From an uncultured Actinomycetota bacterium (GTDB taxonomy: Bacteria; Actinomycetota; Actinomycetes; CAWDCV01): a stretch of DNA of 64,000 nucleotides. A program made the translations under genes and the position numbers. The notes beneath the pieces were generated by a model. That model saw only the letters and a list, made by a program, of their open reading frames with translations, was not told where the DNA came from and searched no databases. The stretch lies in assembly GCA_963728125.1 (NCBI GenBank), contig CAVSIZ010000001.1, positions 286,020 through 350,019 on the forward strand. The letters are read 5' to 3'. This document shows, piece after piece, positions 54,992-64,000 of this stretch (position 1 is the first letter of the stretch; the number at the start of each line of letters is the position of its first letter).

Positions 54992-56169
54992 TGTGGCCAC
55001 TCCGGGTCGAGGTCGTGCCAGGGAAACACTGCCTTCCGAGTCGCCAGCACGACGCGGTCGACTGGGTCTGCCGGATCGAACGGGCCCTCCTCGACCTTCG
55101 GCGAGCGCCCGTCGGTCATGCGCTGCGGCCCAGGTCGACCGGTCACCTGCTCGACGTGCTCGCGCCACTCTTGTGGCACGGGCGTCTCCGGGAGTACGGG
55201 ATTCTCGGCCGCGATTGCGAGCAGGTGGGTCCAGATGCGTGGCACGACGTCCACGATCTCGTAGCCACCGCCGCCGGTGGCGATCCATCGCCCGCCCGCG
55301 TAGCGATGGGCGAGCTCGTGTACGGCTTCGTACGCCATCCGCTGGCCGTCGACCGACAGCGTGAGATGGGCGAGCGGGTCAAGGAAGTGGCTGTCGCAGC
55401 CGTGCTGGCTGACGAGAACCTGCGGCGCCCACGCTTCAACGAGCGGCGGGACGATGGCGTGGAAGGCGCGCAGCCAGGCGTCGTCGCCCGTCCCCGGCGG
55501 GAGAGGGACGTTGACCGCGCTGCCTTCCGAGCCGCTTCCGCCGATGTCGTCGGAGAACCCGGTCTGCGGAAACAACGTCCGGCCGGTCTCGTGCAGGCTG
55601 ATCGTGAGCACCTGCGGGTCGTCCCAGAACGCCGCCTCGACGCCGTCGCCGTGGTGAACGTCCACGTCGACGTACGCGATCTTGTCCACGCCCTGCGCCC
55701 GCAGCCAAGCGATAGCGAGCGCCGGATCGTTGTAGACGCAGAAGCCGGAGGCGCGATCACGCATCGCGTGATGGAGACCGCCCGCGATGTTGACGGCATG
55801 CTCGGTGACGCCCTCGTGGACGGCGCGTGCGGCGGCCAGCGACGCGCCGGCGACGCGCGCCGACGCCTCGTGCATCCCGAGGAACACCGGATTGTCCATG
55901 CCGCCGAGGCCGCGGCGGAGGTCCTGGGTCAGTTCGCCGCTGCTCAGGCGGCGGACAACGTCGATGTACGCCTGATCGTGGACCAACCGCAGGTACGCGT
56001 CGTCGGCGTCGGCAGGCGGGACGATACGGACGCCGGGCTGATCCAGCACGCCCATGGCCCGCGCGAGCCGGAACGTCAGGTCCACACGCAGCGGCGCCAG
56101 CGGATGCTGCGGCCCGAAGTCGTACGCCGTGAGGGCGTCATCCCAGACGACGGTCAACGACGCACCCAT
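54988..56169 (-). CDS. acuC: Acetoin utilization protein AcuC / histone-deacetylase-family enzyme
   Basis: GGLHHA, ASGFCVYND, DVDVHHGDG, GCDSH, GGGGY. Confidence 0.93.
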   Translation of the reverse strand: MGASLTVVWDDALTAYDFGPQHPLAPLRVDLTFRLARAMGVLDQPGVRIVPPADADDAYLRLVHDQAYIDVVRRLSSGELTQDLRRGLGGMDNPVFLGMHEASARVAGASLAAARAVHEGVTEHAVNIAGGLHHAMRDRASGFCVYNDPALAIAWLRAQGVDKIAYVDVDVHHGDGVEAAFWDDPQVLTISLHETGRTLFPQTGFSDDIGGSGSEGSAVNVPLPPGTGDDAWLRAFHAIVPPLVEAWAPQVLVSQHGCDSHFLDPLAHLTLSVDGQRMAYEAVHELAHRYAGGRWIATGGGGYEIVDVVPRIWTHLLAIAAENPVLPETPVPQEWREHVEQVTGRPGPQRMTDGRSPKVEEGPFDPADPVDRVVLATRKAVFPWHDLDPEWPQ

Positions 56170-56179
56170 GAGGACGAAC

Positions 56180-56758
56180 CTACGACGCGTAGCGGATCTC
56201 TACCCGCCGGTTCGCCGCCCTGCCGTCCGGATTGTCCTCGCCACCGTTGTCGTTCGGCGCGACCGGATCCGCCTCGCCACGACCCTCCGTGGTCAGTGAC
56301 AGGTCGGGTCGCGCCGCGGCGACCGCTGCGGCGACGGCCTCGGCGCGCCGCTGGGACAGACCCAGGTTGTACGCGTCCTCACCCAGCGAATCCGTGTGCC
56401 CAACGATCGATACGGCGGCGGCGGGCGGGACGGGCTGGAGCAGCGCGGCGATCGCAGGTCCGGCGCTCGCCGGCAGATCGGCGCTGTCGAAGGCGAAGAG
56501 GATGTCGGTGTCAAGACTGAGGACGGTCTCGGCTCCCTCGGTCGCCTGCTTCTCGAGTGTGCTCACGGTCCCCTCGGGGTCCCACAGGCGAACGGTGCCC
56601 GCCGGATCCCAGACCCGCACCGAAGCAGCGAGTTGATCGCTGGTGGGTTCCGGCAGTTCGGCTGGGTCCGTTGGCTGCGCCGCAGCCGGACCTGCGCTGA
56701 GGACGCCGGTGACCAGGGCGCCCATCACCACCAACAGCCATGTTCCCCGACGGGTCAT
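56180..56758 (-). CDS. Secreted OmpA-like peptidoglycan-binding protein
   Basis: Signal peptide (AAAQ); ILFAFDSA, GHTDSLG, NLGLSQRRA, NRRVEI. Confidence 0.92.
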   Translation of the reverse strand: MTRRGTWLLVVMGALVTGVLSAGPAAAQPTDPAELPEPTSDQLAASVRVWDPAGTVRLWDPEGTVSTLEKQATEGAETVLSLDTDILFAFDSADLPASAGPAIAALLQPVPPAAAVSIVGHTDSLGEDAYNLGLSQRRAEAVAAAVAAARPDLSLTTEGRGEADPVAPNDNGGEDNPDGRAANRRVEIRYAS

Positions 56759-57333
56759 TGCTGGATCGGGACGTCAGTGAACGGGGTCCAGACGCTGCGG
56801 AAGCTGACCTCGATCGCGTCGATGTCGTCCTCGGGGGCGGCAAAGGTGGCGAACACCCTCATCGGCGTGCCATTGCGAGTTCGCGTCTCCACGTTGTCCG
56901 ACGCCCACGCCACCCCGCCGTCGGTGATAACGGAGTACTCCTTCAGGTTCGCCCGATCCAGCAACGTAGGTCGGAAGAGCGTCTCCTCGTTGATATCGAA
57001 CAGGCTGACAGCCTCGTCGTCGCTCACCGACGAGAAGTCCGGTGTCACGACCATAGTGAGCGTCATCGCTGGCCCGTCGACCACGAGCGACTGAATTCCC
57101 ACGGTCACCGCATCGTCAGGGTTCTCCGTGAGCGCGTACGTCTGCTCGACGATCACGTCCTCGGGGTCGAACTGCACGGCACCGGCGTCGCTATCCGACT
57201 CGACTGCCTCCTCCGAAGCCGCCGACTGCTGCTGGTCCGGTGGCGGCGCTTCATCGCCATTGCTACATGCGCCGAGCACGAGCAGCGAGGCGACGACGAA
57301 GGCGGCGGCAATTCTTTCCCGAAGGCTTCTCAT
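56755..57333 (-). CDS. Hypothetical acidic lipoprotein
   Basis: Lipobox LGAC; beta-rich domain ending FAAP...FTDVPI; stop overlaps the OmpA gene start. Confidence 0.8.
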   Translation of the reverse strand: MRSLRERIAAAFVVASLLVLGACSNGDEAPPPDQQQSAASEEAVESDSDAGAVQFDPEDVIVEQTYALTENPDDAVTVGIQSLVVDGPAMTLTMVVTPDFSSVSDDEAVSLFDINEETLFRPTLLDRANLKEYSVITDGGVAWASDNVETRTRNGTPMRVFATFAAPEDDIDAIEVSFRSVWTPFTDVPIQQ

Positions 57334-57364
57334 AACGAGAAGCGAGGGTAGGCGACAAATCACG

Positions 57365-58545
57365 TCATTCCGTACGCAGCGCCACCACGGGGTCGAGGCG
57401 ACCCGCACGACGCGCGGGCGCCACGCCGAAGAACACGCCGACCGCCACCGACACGCCAAACGCCAGCAGGGGCGACCACCACGAGATGACCGCCGGCAGC
57501 GGCGATACCCCGTCGATCAGCAGTGAGGAACCAACACCGAGTCCGATCCCCAGCACGCCGCCGATGGTCGTGAGCAGCACCGCCTCGATGAGGAACTGCA
57601 GCAAGATGTCGCGCTGCCGGGCCCCGAGCGCCTTGCGTAGGCCGATCTCGCGCGTTCGTTCGCGGACGCTGACCAGCATGATGTTCGAGACGCCGACGCC
57701 ACCGACGAGCAGGCTGATGCCAGCAATCGCGGCGAGGACGAGCGTGAGCAAGTTGAGAATCCGTCCGATCGTGCCGAGGATCTGCGTCTGCGTGACCGCG
57801 GAGAACTCGTCGCCGGGGTACTCCTCCTGCAGCGCGGTGACCAGCCGATCCTGAAGGTCCTCGATGCCGTCGGTCGTAGGTGCCTTGACCGCAAGCCCGT
57901 CGATGCGGTCGACACCGAGCAGTCGCTGCGCTGCCGTTACCGGCACGTGCACCTCGGTGTCGCGGCTGAAGCCGAACGCGGCGCCGGTCTCCGCGAACAC
58001 GCCGATGACGCGGAACCGTACGCCCGCGAGGCTGACCTGTCGGCCGAGCGGATCCACGCCGGGGAAGACTTCTTGCGCGACCTGCGAGCCGAGCACGACG
58101 ATCCGCCGCCGAGTTTCCACGTCGGCGGCGCTGAGGTAGCGGCCCCGGGTCAGCGGGCGGTCGAACACTTCCGGGTACGTCTGCGTGGTTCCCTGGACGG
58201 TGACGAACGATTCGCGGGCACCTGACGTGACCGTCTCCCCACTGGTCACCGTCGTGGTCACGCGGTTCGGGTCGCCGACGACTCGGGCCAAGGTCTCCAC
58301 GTCGTCGAGTTGGAGCCGGCTCACCGTCGGCCCGCTATTGGCTTCAAGGCGGCCGGGAACGACGAGGATCAGGTTGCTGCCAAGCCCCTCGACCTGCGTC
58401 TCGACCTCGTTCTTTGCCCCGGTGCCGATGGCGACGAGGACGACGACGGCGGCGACACCGACAATGACGCCGATCATGGTGAGGACGCTGCGCAACCGGT
58501 TGGCCCGAAGCGCGTCCAGCGCCACCCGGAACGCCTCGCCGCCCT

Positions 58546-58549
<4 letters not shown>
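57365..58549 (-). CDS. ABC transporter permease (MacB/FtsX type)
   Basis: NRLRSVLT, IMLVSVRERTREIGLRKALGA, PARRAGRLDPVVALR. Confidence 0.94.
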
Positions 58550-59240
<691 letters not shown>

Positions 59241-59244
<4 letters not shown>

Positions 59245-60596
59245 TCGATCTGCTCTCCCTCGCTGACCTGGTCCGCGCCCCGGACCACGACGAGATCGCC
59301 GAGCTGAAGGCCGTTGACGACCTCCGCCGCCTCGTCGCCCTGAGCGCCGAGGGTGACGGTGCGCCGCTGCGCGGTGCCATCGTCGACGACCCAGACGGCG
59401 TCGCGGGGACCATCGCGCACGATCGCGGATGTGGGTACGGCGACGACGTCCTGCACGTCCCGAACCCGAAGGTCCGCCACGGCGCTCATGCCGGGACGCG
59501 GCGCCGGCGCCGGGTTGCCATCGGCAAGCGTTCCGCCCTGCAGCCCCAGCGTGACGCGGTACGCCACGCCACCGCGGCTGGACGGCGTCGCGGTGACATC
59601 GATCGTGGTCACGGTCGCGGTGTAGGACGCGCCGGGAACGGCATCGAGCTCAACGTCGGCGGGGACGCCCGGCTGGACCAGCAGGATGTCGGTCTCGTCG
59701 ACGTCCGCCGCCAGGGAAAGCGCGGATACGTCGACGACATTGGCGACCACTTGCCCGGTCGAGACGGGAACGCCCACGGACAGTGCCCCGGTCGTGGTGG
59801 CGCCGGCGCCGCTGCTCCCGAGCAGCTGGCCAGCCTGACCCTGCAGGTTCGACGGCAGCTGATCGACGAAACCGGACAGCTCCTCCCCCGTCGAGCCGCC
59901 AGCGCTGGGTGTCGATCCGCCGAGCGTCACCGTTCCCGAAATGGGCGCCGTGACCAGCAGCGCGTCGACGGTCTGCTGGGCGATCTGCACGGCCGCGCGG
60001 GTCTGCACCCGCTGCGCCTGGGTCAGCGATGACAAGGCGGTGGCGATGCCGTCGAGTCCGGCATTGAAGCGGGAGATGGCCGTACGCGCCTGCGCTTGCG
60101 CGACGTCGTACTGCGCCTCGGCCGTCGCAACCGACGCGAGGGCAGACGCGCGAACCGTGGGATCCGGAATCTGCTCTGCGGCGGCGCGGGCCTGTGCGAA
60201 CCCCCGCTCGGCCGCCTCATCGGCTTGGTGCTGCTGTACGGACACGTCCGCGCCGGGGATCGAGATCACACCGCTCTCGGCGGCCTCCGCGTCGGCTTGC
60301 TGGGCCTGGCGCAGCTGCTCGTCCGCGCTGGGACTACTGATACGCAGGAGCGGCTGCCCGGCTGACACCTGCTGCCCATCCTGGACATACAACTCGGCGA
60401 TGCTGCCGTCGGCGGGAGAGGTCAGGGTGGCGGTCGCCTTGGCGGTGACCGTCGCGGCCGCTTCGACGACCTCGATCACGTCGCCGGTTGCGACCCGAGC
60501 GGTCTCGATGACCGGTTCCTCGCCACCCGAGCAGGCGATCAGTACGGCGCTCAGCGCGACCGCCAGGAGCACACCGGCGCGGGCGGGCGATCGCAC
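59241..60596 (-). CDS. Membrane-fusion / periplasmic adaptor lipoprotein (MacA-like)
   Basis: Lipobox LIAC; biotin-lipoyl-like halves, coiled coil, APISG, VDETDI, PGMSA. Confidence 0.88.
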
Positions 60597-60619
60597 CGCC
60601 TCATCGTAGGGAGCGCCAA

Positions 60620-60666
60620 TGTCAACTCCGAGTTGACACGAGGGATATGTCAATGCAGAGTTGACA
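60620..60666. promoter_or_regulatory. Two 19-bp palindromic operators (TGTCAA-N7-TTGACA) overlapping divergent promoters
   Basis: TGTCAACTCCGAGTTGACA at 60620-60638 and TGTCAATGCAGAGTTGACA at 60648-60666. Confidence 0.8.
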
Positions 60667-60668
60667 CC

Positions 60669-60968
60669 GTGAAGCAACCGCGAGACGTACCGGCCCGGCC
60701 GCCGTACAACCCCAAGGTGGTGCTGCTCGCCCTGGTGCCGATCGCGGGCTTCCTCGCCTTCAACTTCGTGCGCAGGGTGGACAACACCGCACTGCAAGCG
60801 ATCTTGACCTGCGTGATGGTCGCGCTGATGATCCTGGCCATCGCTCTGATTGCTCGGTCGCAGCTGGGTGCGATGGCACAGGAGCAGCCGCCCATCCCCG
60901 ACGCCGATCGGGCGGTCCTCGATTCGCTCGAGCCGCTGCGTGAGGACGACCAGCGGTCAGGCTCATGA
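60669..60968 (+). CDS. Small 2-TM membrane protein
   Basis: Two hydrophobic helices; stop overlaps the next ATG (ATGA). Confidence 0.7.
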   Translation: MKQPRDVPARPPYNPKVVLLALVPIAGFLAFNFVRRVDNTALQAILTCVMVALMILAIALIARSQLGAMAQEQPPIPDADRAVLDSLEPLREDDQRSGS

Positions 60969-61555
60969 CGGTTGACACGCGCACGCTCGCTGACGAAGAA
61001 GCTGAGGGCATCCGAGACGCCATCACCGAGGCAGTGCTCGCGACGCCCCCCGGCCTGCGCGATTCCCTCGAGGACGACCCGCAGGCCTACCTGCGCCTGG
61101 TCGCCTCGACGCGGGTGGCAGCCGAGCAGACCAGCAAGCTGCTCCGCGAGGCGATCGACGGCGCTCGCGCGGCCGGCCACAGCTGGGACACCATCGGTCG
61201 ACTGCTCGGCGTGAGCCGGCAGGCCGCGCAGCAGCGTTTCGGGAACAACCTCGGCGCGGTGGACGACCTGTCGATGCCGGGCAGGCCCGCTCGGAAAATG
61301 CTGACACCGCTGACCGCATTCGACGAGATGCTCGTGCTGGAGCGTGAAGGACGGCGCGGCTGGCACTCCATCGACTACGGCACGCTGTACCACCTGGTCG
61401 AGGCGTCGCCGTGGCAGTGGCAGCACCGCCGGATCATGTGGGGGTCACCGAGTCGAAAGCGGCTGCAGGACGAGGGCTGGGAACTCATCAAGACGTCGAC
61501 GTTCCCGTGGGGCTACTACAAGCGTCGCGTCGATCTTCCTGCTGAGCCCGACTAG
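60965..61555 (+). CDS. HTH DNA-binding protein with Trp-rich C-terminal domain
   Basis: ARAAGHSWDTIGRLLGVSRQAAQQRF HTH; C-domain with EGRRGW and DEGWEL repeats. Confidence 0.82.
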   Translation: MTVDTRTLADEEAEGIRDAITEAVLATPPGLRDSLEDDPQAYLRLVASTRVAAEQTSKLLREAIDGARAAGHSWDTIGRLLGVSRQAAQQRFGNNLGAVDDLSMPGRPARKMLTPLTAFDEMLVLEREGRRGWHSIDYGTLYHLVEASPWQWQHRRIMWGSPSRKRLQDEGWELIKTSTFPWGYYKRRVDLPAEPD

Positions 61556-62377
61556 CTAGTCAGCACCGGACGCGAGTTCGCGGGACCGATCCCGGGCAGC
61601 CTCGAGAGCGGCGAGCAGCGCTGCCCGAACGCCATGGTTCTCCAGCTCGCGGATCGCGTTGATCGTCGTGCCTGCGGGCGAGGTCACCGCTTCGCGCAGC
61701 TTCACCGGATGCTCGCCGCTGTCGCGCAGCATCACGGCGGCGCCGATGGCGGTCTGCACGATGAGGTCAGCGGCCGCGGCACGCGGCAGGCCGAGCAGGA
61801 TGCCGGCGTCGATCATGGCCTCGACGAGGTAGTAGAAGTACGCCGGTCCGGAGCCGGACAGGGCTGTCACCGCGTCCTGCTGTGATTCCGGCACGCGCAG
61901 CACCTTGCCGACCGGGCGCAGCAGCTCCTCCGTGCGTTCGAGATCCGCGGCTGACGCGTGTGACCCGCCGGACACCGCGCTCATCGCCTGATCGACAAGC
62001 GCGGGCGTATTCGTCATGACTCGCACGACCGGGATGCCGGGAGCGAGCCGGCGCTCGATGAACGCTGTCGGGATGCCGGCGGCGATCGACACCACGAGCC
62101 GGTCGGCGGGCACGACGTCGGCGAGCTCGTCGAGCAGCACCGGCATGTCCTGCGGCTTCACTGCGAGCACCAGGACGTCGGCCGTCTTGGCGGCTTCGGC
62201 GTTGTCGACGACCTCCACGCCGTACCGCTCCCGCAGCTGGTCGGCGCGGTCGTCTCGACGAGTGGTCACGAGAAGCTCACCGGCGGGCTTGCCGGCGCGC
62301 AGCAGTCCGGACAGCAGGACCTCGCCCATCTTGCCGGCGCCGAGAATCGCGACGCGGGTGCCGTGCGCAGGACTCAT
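61556..62377 (-). CDS. proC: Pyrroline-5-carboxylate reductase
   Basis: GAGKMG, AVKPQD, RVMTNTP, LSGSGPAY, VTSPAGTT. Confidence 0.96.
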   Translation of the reverse strand: MSPAHGTRVAILGAGKMGEVLLSGLLRAGKPAGELLVTTRRDDRADQLRERYGVEVVDNAEAAKTADVLVLAVKPQDMPVLLDELADVVPADRLVVSIAAGIPTAFIERRLAPGIPVVRVMTNTPALVDQAMSAVSGGSHASAADLERTEELLRPVGKVLRVPESQQDAVTALSGSGPAYFYYLVEAMIDAGILLGLPRAAAADLIVQTAIGAAVMLRDSGEHPVKLREAVTSPAGTTINAIRELENHGVRAALLAALEAARDRSRELASGAD

Positions 62378-62384
62378 GACTGCC

Positions 62385-63320
62385 TCACGACCGAGATGCG
62401 AGCGCGCGCAGGAAGAATTGGACGTTGGCCGGGCGCTCGGCGAGGCGGCGGACGAGGTAGCCGTACCAGTCCTCGCCGTATGGCGTGTAGACCCGCATGA
62501 TCTCGCCTGACGCCGCGAGCCGGAGCTGCTCCTCGGGCCTGACGCCGTACAGCATCTGGTACTCGTACGTGCCCTGCGCGCGGTCATGCTGAACCGCGAG
62601 TGCGCCAGCGATGTCGATCAGTCGCGGGTCGTGCGTGGCGATCATCGGGTAGCCAGCACCCGACATCAGCACCTTGAGGCAGCGCACGTACGACTTGTCG
62701 ACGTCGCGCGTGGAACGGAAGGCGACGGTGTCGGGCTCGTTGTACGCGCCCTTGCACAGCCGGACGCGTGAGCCTTCGTACGCCAGCTCGCGGCAGTCGG
62801 ACTCCGTACGCCGCAGGTAGGACTGCAGCACCACGCCGGTGTCGGAGAAGTCGCGGCGGACCTCACGGGCGATCGCGAGCGTCGAGTCGGTGGTGGTGTG
62901 GTCTTCCATGTCCAAGGTCACCGTCGTGCCCGCGGTCCGTGCGGCCGCGCAGATCTGCAGCGCGTTGTCGAGCGCGATCTTCTCGCCGTCGCCGGGCAGC
63001 GCCTGACCGACCGCGGAGAGCTTGACCGATACCTCTGTACCACTCGTCAGGCCGGCGTCGGCCAGCCGACCGAGCACGGTGAGGTAGGCATCGGCAACCG
63101 CAGTGGCGTGCTCGACGTCGGTGGTGTCCTCACCCAGGTGGTCGAGGGTGACGTGCAACCCCTGCTCGACGAGCGAGCGCGAGACCCGGACCGCGTCGTC
63201 GGTGTCTTCGCCGGCGACGAAGCGCGACACCAACCCACTCGACACTGGCAGCCGCGTGACCAGGTCCTTGAGCCGATCACTTCGAGACATCGTCAGCAGG
63301 GTTTCGCGCAGCACAGGCAC
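62385..63320 (-). CDS. Monofunctional proline dehydrogenase
   Basis: RFVAGE, SVKLS, DME, RLCKGAY, ATHD, YLVRRLAERPAN. Confidence 0.93.
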   Translation of the reverse strand: MPVLRETLLTMSRSDRLKDLVTRLPVSSGLVSRFVAGEDTDDAVRVSRSLVEQGLHVTLDHLGEDTTDVEHATAVADAYLTVLGRLADAGLTSGTEVSVKLSAVGQALPGDGEKIALDNALQICAAARTAGTTVTLDMEDHTTTDSTLAIAREVRRDFSDTGVVLQSYLRRTESDCRELAYEGSRVRLCKGAYNEPDTVAFRSTRDVDKSYVRCLKVLMSGAGYPMIATHDPRLIDIAGALAVQHDRAQGTYEYQMLYGVRPEEQLRLAASGEIMRVYTPYGEDWYGYLVRRLAERPANVQFFLRALASRS

Positions 63321-63345
63321 GGTTCCAGGCTAGGGCACCCCAACG

Positions 63346-63397
63346 ACGCAGCGGCCGCGCGCCCAGGGGGTGCTCCTAGAACGCGCGGCCGCTGTGT
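63346..63397 (-). terminator. GC-rich hairpin downstream of htrA-like gene
   Basis: ACGCAGCGGCCGCGCG / CGCGCGGCCGCTGTGT, 16-bp arms with one mismatch. Confidence 0.7.
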
Positions 63398-63421
63398 AAT
63401 CCAGCCGAACTGCTGCGAACC

Positions 63422-64000
63422 TTACGAGCGCGGCGCCGCCGCGAGCGTGACCGACACGGTGTTCTCCTGACCACCGCGCAGGTAGGTCACGTCCACGCTG
63501 TCGCCCGGGGCGTTGTTTCGTACCGCGACGGTGAGCTCGTCGGCGTCGTCGATGCGCCGCTCGCCGACCTGGGTGATGACGTCGCCGACCTGCAGGCCGG
63601 CGCCCTGCGCCGGGCCGCCAGCAACGACCTCACGTACCTGGGCGCCGTTCTCGGCGGCCGAGGTCGACACACCGAGGTACGCGCGCTCGGCATAGCCCTG
63701 CTCGATGATCTGCTCGGCAACGTTGCGGGCGGTGTCGCTCGGGATCGCGAAGCCGACACCGATGTTGCCGGACTGCTGACCGCCGACGGTCGCGATGGCC
63801 GAGTTGATGCCGACGAGGCGACCCTGGCTGTCGAGCAGCGCGCCGCCGGAGTTGCCCGGGTTGATCGGCGCGTCGTGCTGGATGGCGTCGATGACCGCTT
63901 CGGAGCTCGCGTCGGTGCCGGTCCGGACCGGGCGGGAGATCGTGCTGATGACGCCACTGGTGAGCGTGCCGTCGAGGCCGAGCGGCGAGCCGATCGCGAC
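63422..64000 (-). CDS. HtrA/DegP-like trypsin serine protease with PDZ domain (5' part outside window)
   Basis: AIGSPLGL, IQHDAPINPGNSGG, GVGFAIP, YLGV and PDZ domain, all in one open frame. Confidence 0.93.
   Translation of the reverse strand, partial: VAIGSPLGLDGTLTSGVISTISRPVRTGTDASSEAVIDAIQHDAPINPGNSGGALLDSQGRLVGINSAIATVGGQQSGNIGVGFAIPSDTARNVAEQIIEQGYAERAYLGVSTSAAENGAQVREVVAGGPAQGAGLQVGDVITQVGERRIDDADELTVAVRNNAPGDSVDVTYLRGGQENTVSVTLAAAPRS

Noticed and set aside
61556-63320. Adjacent proline dehydrogenase and proC as a novel redox cycle
   Set aside because: This adjacency is, to my knowledge, common in actinobacteria; nothing unusual in the sequences

Overview
High-GC actinobacterial chromosomal segment, mostly core respiratory metabolism. 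Gene order: partial rarD; polyprenyl synthase; the full 14-gene nuoA-N operon preceded by a geranylgeranyl-reductase-family gene (menJ); the classical menaquinone genes (menG, F, D, C, B, E, A); system II cytochrome c biogenesis; hemL; rex-hemA-hemC-cobA/hemD-hemB; a bldN/rsbN-like ECF sigma/anti-sigma pair; the acyltransferase-epimerase-bS22-bdtA(Rv0500A-like) block; acuC; proC; proline dehydrogenase; and a partial htrA. Accessory inserts are a Ser/Thr kinase with a DUF4352-like domain, a TMEM175-type channel, an Lrp-dehydratase-amidase unit and a MacAB-like exporter-lipoprotein-OmpA unit. That last unit sits back-to-back with a small membrane protein and an HTH regulator, with two 19-bp palindromic operators between them. 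About eight apparent single-base (+1) insertions break otherwise intact genes (nuoL, nuoG, nuoD, nuoB, hemL twice, a lytic transglycosylase, a small membrane protein) and are most likely assembly errors. The most promising unexplained signals are the operator/HTH/exporter module (56.2-61.6 kb), a 31-bp-period repeat array and structured leader upstream of bdtA, an atypical BldN-like sigma with a structured leader, and small ORFs missing from the ORF track. No rRNA, tRNA, CRISPR array or mobile element was found. All family calls come from motif recognition, not database searches.
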